Assembly: GCA_036272295.1 (NCBI GenBank)
Contig: DATAYZ010000148.1
Location: forward strand, 2,128-66,127
Length of the DNA stretch: 64,000 nucleotides
Reading direction: 5' to 3'
Origin: Steroidobacteraceae bacterium
GTDB taxonomy: Bacteria > Pseudomonadota > Gammaproteobacteria > Steroidobacterales > Steroidobacteraceae
The stretch's first letter is position 1; each line of letters opens with the position of its first letter. Below the pieces are notes generated by a model, which saw only the letters and a program-made list of their open reading frames with translations, was not told the origin of the DNA and ran no database searches. Below are positions 56,242-64,000 of this stretch, piece after piece. Both the position numbers and the translations under genes were made by a program.

Positions 56242-58602
56242 ATGGGGAAGCTCGCGAGAATCGCGTCGATGTTGGTGCTCGCGGCCGCCTGCACGTGGGC
56301 GCCGCCGTCACGAGCCGCCGAGCCCGCTGCGCGCCCACGCATTTGCCTGGTGCTCTCGGGCGGCGGAGCGCGCGGCATGGCGCACATCGGCGTGCTCAAG
56401 GTGCTGGAGGATCTCAAGGTGCCGATCGACTGCATCGCCGGCACCAGCATGGGCGCGGTGGTCGGGGGTCTGTATGCGAGCGGCATGACGGCCTACCAGA
56501 TCGAGGCGACCATGCGCTCGGTCGACTGGCAGGAAGCGTTTCGGGACGCGCCGCCCCGGCGGGATCTCGCCTTCAGGCGCAAGCAGGACGATCGCAACTT
56601 CCTGGTCAAGCTGCCGCTCGGCTTGAAGCATGGGCACATCCTGCTCCCCAAGGGATTCATCCAGGGTCAAAAGCTGCAGGAGACTCTGCGCCAATTGACG
56701 CTGCCCTTCAGCAACACGACGAACTTCGACCTGCTGCCGACGCCGTTTCGTGCCGTGGCAACCGACCTCGAGACGGGCAATGCGGTGCTGCTCGACAAGG
56801 GTGATCTGTCGATCGCCATGCGGGCGAGCATCTCCGCGCCGGGCGTGTTCGCGCCGGTCGAGTACCAGGGGCGGCTGCTGGTCGACGGCGGGCTCGCGGA
56901 GAACCTGCCGATCAACGTCGCGCGCGACATGCACGCGGACATCGTGATCGTGTCCGACGTGAGCTTCCCGTTGCAGCCGCGGATCGCGCTCGACTCGGCG
57001 CTGTCCATCTCGAACCAGATGCTCGCGATCCTGGTTCGCAAGGACTCGGATCGGCAGCGCGCGAGCCTGACCGGCAAGGACGTGCTGATCGAGCCCAATC
57101 TCGGCCTCTCCGCCGCCACGGATTTCACCACGGCCAACGACGTGATCACCCGCGGAGAGGCCGCTGCGCGCGAGGCCATTCCGCGGCTCGCGCATCTGAG
57201 CATCGGCGAGGAGGCTTATCGCGAGTACCTCGCGCGGCGGGGAGCCCGCGAGCCCGGCTTGCCGCCGATTCAATTCGTGCGGGTCGACGAGCAATCGAAG
57301 CGCTACGAAAAGACCATCATGGCGGAGATGCGGCCCCTGGTCGGCAAGCCGCTCGATTTCGAGGAGGTCGGCAAGCGCATCACCGAGCTCTACGGCCTCG
57401 GGATGTTCGAGACCTTGGACTACACCCTGGTCACGGGGGCCGTCGCGAGCGCGCCGCTCGGCGGCATCGCCGCGCCGGCGTCGGCCCTCGTCGCGGAGTC
57501 AGCCCCGACGTCGTCCGGCGCGGAAGCGGGCTCCGCCGCGGCAGGGACGGCCGCCGGTGCGCCGGCATCCTCCACCGACGATGAGTCCGGCCTAGAGATT
57601 CGTGCGCGGCGCAAATCGTGGGGGCCGAACTACCTGCGCTTCGGCCTCAATCTCGAGGACAATTTTCAGGGCAACAGCCAGTACAACGCCGCGGCGCGCT
57701 TCGTGCTGACGGAGATCAATCAGCTCGGGGCCGAGCTCCTGACCGATCTGCAGATCGGCAGCGACCCCAAGGTGTTCAGCGAGTTCTACCAGCCCCTGAC
57801 CGCGACCCGCACGTGGTTCGTGGCGCCGAGCCTCCGGGTCGAGGTGCGCGATCTCCCCATCTTCGTGAACAACGAGGAGATCGCCGATTTTCGCGATCGC
57901 GAAGCGGAGGCGGACTTCGACGTCGGCCGCAACCTCGGCAACTGGGGCGAGATCCGCGCCGGCGTCCACCGTACCAACGGCGCAACCCGGGAACGGTTCG
58001 GAGACTCATCGCTGGTGGAGCCGGTCTACAACAACGGCGAGCTGTTCTTCAAATTCAGCTACGATCGGCTCGACAACGTGCACTTTCCGCGCGAAGGACA
58101 GACCTTCACGCTGCAGTGGGACGCGAACCGCACGGACCTCGGAGCGGACACCGCCACCGACCGTGTCCAGGCGGATTGGCTGCTGGCCCATTCGCATGGG
58201 CGCAACACCATCCTTTTCTGGACGTCGGCCGGCTCGACGCTCGACGGCAAGATCAGTCCGACGGACGTGCCCGACTTCTACTCGCTCGGCGGCTTCTTCA
58301 ATCTTTCGGGGTTGGCGCCGACCTCGCTCTTCGGACCGCACTACGCGATCACCCGCGCGATCTATTTCCGCAAGATCGGGCGCGGCGGCGAGGGCTTTTT
58401 CGAGTTTCCGGCCTATATCGGCATGTCGCTCGAGCTCGGCAACACCTGGGATCACCGGGGCGACATGAGCTTCGGGTCGGCGCGCAAGGACGGCTCGGTG
58501 TTCCTGGCGTTCGATACGTTTCTCGGCCCCGTGTATCTCGGCACGGGCTACGATCAGCACGGCAGCAGCGCCTACTACCTCTTCCTCGGCAAGACGTTCT
58601 AG
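56242..58602 (+). CDS. patatin-like phospholipase with C-terminal Omp85/BamA-type barrel (PlpD-like, type Vd autotransporter)
   Basis: Signal peptide. LSGGGARGMAHIGVLKVLED (oxyanion GGGxRG), GTSMG (GxSxG), LLVDGGLAENLP (catalytic Asp). C-terminal barrel ends YYLFLGKTF. ATG at 56242 (track TTG at 56233). Confidence 0.85.
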   Translation: MGKLARIASMLVLAAACTWAPPSRAAEPAARPRICLVLSGGGARGMAHIGVLKVLEDLKVPIDCIAGTSMGAVVGGLYASGMTAYQIEATMRSVDWQEAFRDAPPRRDLAFRRKQDDRNFLVKLPLGLKHGHILLPKGFIQGQKLQETLRQLTLPFSNTTNFDLLPTPFRAVATDLETGNAVLLDKGDLSIAMRASISAPGVFAPVEYQGRLLVDGGLAENLPINVARDMHADIVIVSDVSFPLQPRIALDSALSISNQMLAILVRKDSDRQRASLTGKDVLIEPNLGLSAATDFTTANDVITRGEAAAREAIPRLAHLSIGEEAYREYLARRGAREPGLPPIQFVRVDEQSKRYEKTIMAEMRPLVGKPLDFEEVGKRITELYGLGMFETLDYTLVTGAVASAPLGGIAAPASALVAESAPTSSGAEAGSAAAGTAAGAPASSTDDESGLEIRARRKSWGPNYLRFGLNLEDNFQGNSQYNAAARFVLTEINQLGAELLTDLQIGSDPKVFSEFYQPLTATRTWFVAPSLRVEVRDLPIFVNNEEIADFRDREAEADFDVGRNLGNWGEIRAGVHRTNGATRERFGDSSLVEPVYNNGELFFKFSYDRLDNVHFPREGQTFTLQWDANRTDLGADTATDRVQADWLLAHSHGRNTILFWTSAGSTLDGKISPTDVPDFYSLGGFFNLSGLAPTSLFGPHYAITRAIYFRKIGRGGEGFFEFPAYIGMSLELGNTWDHRGDMSFGSARKDGSVFLAFDTFLGPVYLGTGYDQHGSSAYYLFLGKTF

Positions 58603-58632
58603 CCGGCCGGAAGGCGCTCCAGCCGCCTAGGA

Positions 58633-58689
58633 GCCTGTCGGAGTAATGATGCGCCGGCTGCGGCTACGGCGATCGGTACTCGGACAGGC
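58633..58689. terminator. inverted repeat between convergent genes (candidate bidirectional terminator)
   Basis: GCCTGTCGGAGTA (58633-58645) and TACTCGGACAGGC (58677-58689): 13-nt arms with one mismatch and a 31-nt loop. Confidence 0.25.
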
Positions 58690-58691
58690 CC

Positions 58692-59057
58692 CTAGAAGTT
58701 GCGGCTCTCGGCGAGCTTCTCGACTTTCTCGAACACCAGGGCCGGCTGGTCGCCGATCCTCGAGTACTCGTGCCGGCGCGACATGTCCTCGAGGACGCGA
58801 TCGCGCTCCGCGGCGGTGTAGAACCAGTGCGTCCTCTGCCAGTCGGCGCCGAGCAGCTTCGAGAAGGGGTCGCCCACGCGCAGGCGCACGCGGATGCCGT
58901 AGGGGCGCGGCAGAACCGGCGGAGTGCGTACGAGATTTTGGGCATTTGCGATTCCCATGGGCTCGAAAGATAACGGAATCGCCGGTACGCTTCCAGTGAT
59001 AGACTCCGGCGCCTCGCTGCCGCCGCCAGCGCGGCGCCGCGATTCACCATCGGTCAC
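58692..59057 (-). CDS. small hypothetical protein divergent from parE
   Basis: ORF track (GTG at 59057); an ATG at 58958 would give 88 aa. Well-composed C-terminus WQRTHWFYTAAERDRVLEDMSRRHEYSRIGDQPALVFEKVEKL. Family not recognised. Confidence 0.5.
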   Translation of the reverse strand: MTDGESRRRAGGGSEAPESITGSVPAIPLSFEPMGIANAQNLVRTPPVLPRPYGIRVRLRVGDPFSKLLGADWQRTHWFYTAAERDRVLEDMSRRHEYSRIGDQPALVFEKVEKLAESRNF

Positions 59058-59066
59058 GAGGAATCA

Positions 59067-60956
59067 ATGGCATCGTCTTCCTACACGGCCTCCGACATCG
59101 AAGTGCTGAGCGGCCTGGACCCGGTCAGGCGCCGGCCGGGCATGTACACGGACACGACGCGCCCGAATCACCTGGCGCACGAGGTCATCGACAACAGCGT
59201 CGACGAGGCGATCAACGGGCATTGCGACAAGATCGATGTCACCCTGCACAAGGACGGCTCGCTGGAGGTGGAGGACAACGGCCGCGGGATGCCGGTCGAC
59301 ATCCACCCGAAGGAGAAGATCAGCGGCGTCGAGCTCATTCTCACGCGGCTGCATGCCGGCGGAAAATTCAACGACAAGAACTACGAGCACGCGGGCGGCC
59401 TGCACGGCGTGGGTGTGTCGGTGGTGAACGCGCTGTCCAGGAATCTCGAGGTCTGGGTGCGGCGCGGCGGCAAGGAGTACAACCAGAGCTACAAGGCCGG
59501 CAATCCGGCCTCGAAGCTCACGGTGGTGGGCGACGTTGCGAAGTCGAAGAGCGGCACCACCATCCGCTTCTGGCCCGATACCAAGTATTTCGATTCCGAC
59601 AAGGTTGCCGTCCCCAAGCTGAAACAGGTCCTGCGCGCCAAGGCGGTGCTCTGCCCGGGCTTGCGCGTCACGCTCTCGAACGAGGCGAGCGGGGAGAAGG
59701 ACGAGTGGTTCTACACCGGCGGCCTGCATCAGTACCTGGCCGAGGAGCTCGGCAAGGGCGAGTGGCTGCCCCAGGAGACCTACTACGGCAAGCGCGACAT
59801 CGACGGCGGCGCGCTCGAGTGGGCATTCGCCTGGGTGCTCGAGTCGGAGCATCCGGTGATGGAGAGCTACGTCAATCTGATTCCGACCACCGAGGGCGGT
59901 ACGCACGTCAACGGCCTGCGCGTGGGCGCGGCCGACGCGGTTCGCGAGTTCTGCGAGTTCCGCAACCTCGTGCCGCGCGGCCTCAAGCTCTCGCCGGAGG
60001 ACGTGTGGGACGGCGTCAGCTTCGTGCTCTCGCTCACCATGCGCGACCCGCAATTCGCCGGCCAGACCAAGGAGAAGCTGTCCTCGCGCGAGTCCGCCGC
60101 CATCGTCCAGGGCGTGATCAAGGATGCGTTCGCCCTGTGGCTGAATCAGCACCCCGATCAGGGCGAAAAGATCGCCATGATGGCCATCGCCAACGCACAG
60201 CAGCGCGCACGGGACAGCCAGAAGGTGGCGCGCAAGCGCGTGGTCGCGGGCCCGGCGCTGCCGGGCAAATTGGCGGATTGCGTCAATCAGGACCCCGAGA
60301 GGGGCGAGCTGTTCCTGGTCGAGGGCGACTCGGCCGGCGGCTCCGCCAAGCAGGCGCGCGACCGCTTGACCCAGGCCATCATGCCGCTGCGCGGCAAGAT
60401 CCTGAACACCTGGGAATCGGACTCCTCGGAGGTGCTGCAGTCGCAGGAGGTGCACAACATCTCCGTCGCCATCGGCGTCGATCCCTCGGCCACGGATCTC
60501 TCCGGGCTGCGCTACCACAAGGTCTGCATCCTGGCGGACGCCGACAGCGACGGTCAGCACATCGCAACGCTGCTGTGCGCGCTGTTCCTGCGCCATTACC
60601 GTCCCCTGGTCGCGGCCGGCCACGTGTACGTGTGCATGCCGCCGCTGTTCCGGATCGATGCCGGCAAGGAGGTCGTCTATGCGCTCGACGAGGCCGAGCG
60701 TGAAAAGGCGCTGAAGCGCATCACCGAATCGAACGCGCGGGTCAAGCCGGTGGTCACCCGGTTCAAGGGTCTCGGCGAGATGAGCGCGGTGCAGCTGCGC
60801 GAGACCACCATGGCTCCGCAGACGCGACGCCTGGTGCAGCTCGTCATCGACGCCCATGACAGTCCCGACGAGCTCTTCGACAAGCTGCTGGCGAAGAAGC
60901 GCGCGGCCGACCGGCGCGAGTGGCTGGAGGCCAAGGGCAACCTCGCTCAGGTCTAG
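59067..60956 (+). CDS. parE: DNA topoisomerase IV subunit B
   Basis: 629 aa (ParE length, not GyrB). GLDPVRRRPGMY, HEVIDNSVDEA, GGLHGVG, EGDSAGGSAKQARD, PLRGKILN, DADSDGQHI. Confidence 0.9.
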   Translation: MASSSYTASDIEVLSGLDPVRRRPGMYTDTTRPNHLAHEVIDNSVDEAINGHCDKIDVTLHKDGSLEVEDNGRGMPVDIHPKEKISGVELILTRLHAGGKFNDKNYEHAGGLHGVGVSVVNALSRNLEVWVRRGGKEYNQSYKAGNPASKLTVVGDVAKSKSGTTIRFWPDTKYFDSDKVAVPKLKQVLRAKAVLCPGLRVTLSNEASGEKDEWFYTGGLHQYLAEELGKGEWLPQETYYGKRDIDGGALEWAFAWVLESEHPVMESYVNLIPTTEGGTHVNGLRVGAADAVREFCEFRNLVPRGLKLSPEDVWDGVSFVLSLTMRDPQFAGQTKEKLSSRESAAIVQGVIKDAFALWLNQHPDQGEKIAMMAIANAQQRARDSQKVARKRVVAGPALPGKLADCVNQDPERGELFLVEGDSAGGSAKQARDRLTQAIMPLRGKILNTWESDSSEVLQSQEVHNISVAIGVDPSATDLSGLRYHKVCILADADSDGQHIATLLCALFLRHYRPLVAAGHVYVCMPPLFRIDAGKEVVYALDEAEREKALKRITESNARVKPVVTRFKGLGEMSAVQLRETTMAPQTRRLVQLVIDAHDSPDELFDKLLAKKRAADRREWLEAKGNLAQV

Positions 60957-60983
60957 GTTACGGGCCCGTCCACGGATTCATCC

Positions 60984-63239
60984 ATGAAAGACCAGCAATT
61001 GAACTTCGAGGGCGTCGAGCGCAGGCCGATGAAGGCGTTCGCCGAGAGCGCCTATCTCGACTATTCGATGTACGTGATCCTCGATCGCGCGCTGCCCGCC
61101 TTGAGCGACGGCTTGAAGCCCGTGCAACGCCGCATCGTCTACGCGATGAGCGAGCTCGGGCTGGCCGCGGGCTCCAAGCACAAGAAGTCGGCGCGCACCG
61201 TCGGCGACGTGATCGGCAAGTTCCATCCGCACGGCGACAGCGCCTGCTACGAGGCCATGGTGCACATGGCCCAGGACTTTTCCTACCGATATCCCATCGT
61301 GGACGGCCAGGGCAACTGGGGCTCGACCGACGACCCCAAGTCGTTCGCGGCGATGCGCTACACGGAATCGCGCCTCACCCGCTACGCCGACCTCCTGCTG
61401 CGCGAGCTCGGATCGAGCACCGTGGACTGGGCGCCGAACTTCGACGGCTCCCTCGACGAGCCGACGCTGCTGCCCGCGCGCGTGCCGAATCTCCTGCTGA
61501 ACGGCGGGTCCGGAATCGCGGTCGGCATGGCCACCGACATCCCGCCGCACAACCTGCGCGAGGTGGTCAACGCCTGCGTGGCGCTGCTGGACGATCCCGA
61601 GCTCTCGACGCGCAAGCTCATGGCGTACATCAAGGGCCCCGACCTGCCGACCGGGGGCGAGATCGTCTCGCCGCGCAGCGACCTGGTGCAGATCTACGAG
61701 ACCGGCACGGGCAGCTTCAAGGCGCGCGCGACCTACGACATCGAGGACGGGGAGATCGTGATCGATGCGCTGCCGTTCCAGGTATCGGGCAGCCGCGTGC
61801 TCGAGCAGATCGGCGCGCAGATGCAGCAGAAGAAGCTGCCGATGGTGGACGACATCCGCGACGAGTCCGATCACGAGAATCCGACCCGCCTCGTGATCGT
61901 GCCGAAATCGAATCGCGTCGACGTCCCGGCGTTGATGGCGCACCTGTTCGCGACCACCGACCTCGAGCGCAACTACCGCGTCAATCTCAACGTGATCGCC
62001 CTCGACGGCCGTCCGCGCGTCATGGGGTTGAAGGACCTGCTGCTCGAGTGGCTGGAGTTCCGCAAGAGCACGGTCACGCGGCGCCTGCGTTTCCGGCACG
62101 ACAAGCTGGTTGCGCGCCTGCACATCCTCGACGGATTGCTGATCGCGTACCTCAACCTCGACGAGGTGATCCGCATCGTGCGCACCGAGGACCAGCCGAA
62201 GCCGGTGCTGATGAAGCGCTTCAAGCTCTCCGATGAGCAGGCCGAGGCGATTCTCGAGACCAAGCTGCGTCACCTCGCGCGCCTGGAGGAGATGAAGATC
62301 CGCGATGAGCAGAAGAAGCTGTCCGAGGAGCGCGACGAGATCGACCGCATCCTGAAGAGCAAGGCGCGCCTCACCAAGCTGGTGCGCGAGGAGCTGCTGG
62401 AGGATGCCGAGGAGTTCGGCGATCCGCGCCGCACCAAGCTGGTGGAGCGCGAGGCCGCGCAGGCCATCGCGGAGACCGACCTGCTCACCAGCGAGCCGAC
62501 CACCGTGGTGCTGTCGCGGCTGGGGTGGGTCCGCGCGGCCAAGGGCCACGACATCGATCCGCGCTCGCTGAGCTACAAGGGGGGCGATGAGTTCCAGGCG
62601 GCCGCCCGCGGACGCAACCTGCAGCAGGCGGTGTTCATCGACTCGACCGGCCGCGCCTACAGCCTGGATGCGCACACGCTGCCCGCGGCGCGCGGCTACG
62701 GCGAGCCGCTGTCGGGAAGCGTCGATCCGCCGGACGGCGCGACGTTCGCCGCGGTGCTGATCGGGGAGCCGGCCGATCTGTGGCTGCTCGCGAGCGATGC
62801 GGGTTACGGCTTTGCGGCCAAGCTCGGCGATCTCTCCGCGCGCAACAAGAAGGGCAAGTCGGTGCTCAAGGTGCCGGAGAACGCCAAGGTGCTGCCGGCG
62901 CAGCCGCTCCCGGGCAAGGACGCGCTCGCGATCCTCGTCAACAACGACGGCGAGGTGCTGGCGCTGCCGGCGGCGCAGATCGAGGAGATGAGCTCGGGCA
63001 AGGGCCAGAATCTCTACGGCATCCCCGGCAAGAAATCCGCGGAGCGCGATGAGTACCTCGTCGCCATGGCGGTGGTCTCGCCGGGCGAGGTGCTGACGGT
63101 CCACAGCGGCGCCAGTGCGCCGATGCGGCTCAAGTTCGACGAGCTGGCGCAGTTCAAGGACCAGAAGGGCCAGCGCCGGAAGCGTTTCTCCCGCGCATAC
63201 AAGCAGGTCGACCGGCTCGAAGTATCAGCCAGTAGCTAG
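60984..63239 (+). CDS. parC: DNA topoisomerase IV subunit A
   Basis: 751 aa, immediately after par[40 protein letters not shown] (active-site Tyr). Confidence 0.9.
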   Translation: MKDQQLNFEGVERRPMKAFAESAYLDYSMYVILDRALPALSDGLKPVQRRIVYAMSELGLAAGSKHKKSARTVGDVIGKFHPHGDSACYEAMVHMAQDFSYRYPIVDGQGNWGSTDDPKSFAAMRYTESRLTRYADLLLRELGSSTVDWAPNFDGSLDEPTLLPARVPNLLLNGGSGIAVGMATDIPPHNLREVVNACVALLDDPELSTRKLMAYIKGPDLPTGGEIVSPRSDLVQIYETGTGSFKARATYDIEDGEIVIDALPFQVSGSRVLEQIGAQMQQKKLPMVDDIRDESDHENPTRLVIVPKSNRVDVPALMAHLFATTDLERNYRVNLNVIALDGRPRVMGLKDLLLEWLEFRKSTVTRRLRFRHDKLVARLHILDGLLIAYLNLDEVIRIVRTEDQPKPVLMKRFKLSDEQAEAILETKLRHLARLEEMKIRDEQKKLSEERDEIDRILKSKARLTKLVREELLEDAEEFGDPRRTKLVEREAAQAIAETDLLTSEPTTVVLSRLGWVRAAKGHDIDPRSLSYKGGDEFQAAARGRNLQQAVFIDSTGRAYSLDAHTLPAARGYGEPLSGSVDPPDGATFAAVLIGEPADLWLLASDAGYGFAAKLGDLSARNKKGKSVLKVPENAKVLPAQPLPGKDALAILVNNDGEVLALPAAQIEEMSSGKGQNLYGIPGKKSAERDEYLVAMAVVSPGEVLTVHSGASAPMRLKFDELAQFKDQKGQRRKRFSRAYKQVDRLEVSASS

Positions 63240-63507
63240 GAGTCCGGGCGCCAGGACGGAAGGCCCGGCTCCCTTCGACCGTTGCTCGGGCGTACCGTCC
63301 CGTCCGGGTAAGAGCTAGTCGGGCACTGCTACCCGTAGGTGGGTCTCGAGGCCGCGGCTAGACCGCTGCTCATCAGGCGGCCCCCAGGTGGACGTCGGAA
63401 CATATGACGGGTAGCAGTGCCCGCCCAGCTCTTACCCGGACGGGACGGTACGCGAGAGCAACGATCGAAGGGAGCCGGGCGTTCCGTCCTGGCGCCCGAA
63501 CTCCTAG
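63236..63507. repeat. 272-bp foldback element, copy 2 (inverted relative to copy 1)
   Basis: Two 101-nt arms (63236-63336 and 63407-63507) with about 7 mismatches and a 70-nt loop. The outermost CTAG of each arm contains the stop codon of parC (63237-63239) and of the convergent EAL gene (63504-63506). Confidence 0.85.
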
Positions 63508-64000
63508 CGTTCGCCCGATATCGTCACGTCCTCGGGGGCGTTGACGAAGTAGCCCTGGATGAACTCGATGCCGAGCTGCCAGAGCACCGCCATGGTGTTC
63601 GCGTCCTCGACGCGCTCGGCGATGGTCTCCATGCTGCGGCGCTTGGCGGCCTCGACCAGCCCCTTCACGCGCTGCTGCTGGAGCTGATTGGTCGACAGGC
63701 CCTGCATCAGCGAGCCGTCGATCTTGATGAAGTGCATGTCGATGTCGGCGAGCAGCTTGAGCGGGTCGCGTCCGGTGCCGAAGTGCTCGAGCGCGAAACG
63801 GAAGCCGAGCTTGCGCAGGCTCTCGGCCAGCTCCTTCGTCTGGCGCACGTACTGGTTGGCGAGCTCCTCGGTCACCTGGATGCAGATGCGCTTCGCCTCG
63901 ATCTTCAAGGACTTCAACTGCGTGTCGAGCCACGTGATCAGGCTCTTGTCGAGCACCGTGTCCTTGGAGATGCGCACGAATATGCAGGAGGCCTTGCGAT
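63504..64000 (-). CDS. EAL-domain protein, C-terminal part (gene continues past the right window edge)
   Basis: The frame stays open upstream of the track start (63977) to nt 64000. IQVTEE, ALEHFGTG (DDFGTG position), FIKIDGS, TIAERVED, IQGYFVNAP. Confidence 0.75.
   Translation of the reverse strand, partial: RKASCIFVRISKDTVLDKSLITWLDTQLKSLKIEAKRICIQVTEELANQYVRQTKELAESLRKLGFRFALEHFGTGRDPLKLLADIDMHFIKIDGSLMQGLSTNQLQQQRVKGLVEAAKRRSMETIAERVEDANTMAVLWQLGIEFIQGYFVNAPEDVTISGER

Noticed and set aside
59064-63104. 597-aa and 708-aa minus-strand ORFs
   Set aside because: They are antisense to parE and parC. They are shadow ORFs.
63236-63507. Foldback elements as integron attC sites
   Set aside because: Their position just after stop codons and their imperfect palindromy resemble attC sites. 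However, both are much longer than attC sites (243 and 272 bp). I see no RYYYAAC/GTTRRRY core sites at the ends. No integrase or cassette array is present.

Overview
GC-rich proteobacterial chromosomal segment. GC3 bias is strong, so every real gene is shadowed by long Arg/Ala/Gly/Pro-rich ORFs in other frames; I chose frames by amino-acid composition and recognisable motifs. There are about 50 protein-coding genes. I saw no rRNA, tRNA, CRISPR, transposase or integrase. Left to right: the 5' part of a TonB-dependent receptor (cut by the window edge, absent from the ORF track); a receiver-less LytTR regulator plus an unrecognised 348-aa protein; an extended ECF sigma factor; an ArsR-SRPBCC pair; two MscS-family channels; an RND-MFP-OMF efflux operon; two EAL-domain proteins with atypical motifs; YhhQ; a NitT/TauT-type ABC importer operon that also encodes a SCO1/SenC protein and a cupredoxin-like protein; a dispersed polyamine gene set (class III aminotransferase, XRE-cupin regulator, aguB, puuB/puuD/puuA-like, potFGHI, aguA); a DnaQ-exonuclease/GIY-YIG fusion; rlmKL; a DUF6152 pair; a PLP aminotransferase; an S10 carboxypeptidase; a 1299-aa DUF3683/FAD/Fe-S fusion; HDOD, PLP enzyme, HDOD; sthA; icd; a large lipoprotein plus a PlpD-like type Vd patatin autotransporter; parE-parC. 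Most of this is ordinary metabolism and housekeeping. Three things deserve a second look. (i) Two copies, in opposite orientation, of a 243-272 bp near-perfect foldback element sit at gene 3' ends; their arms differ between copies but stay complementary within each copy. (ii) The LytTR regulator, a 9-12-9 direct repeat and the unknown 348-aa protein form a possible module. (iii) The ABC-SCO1-cupredoxin operon. All functional calls come from reading motifs by eye; no database search was run.
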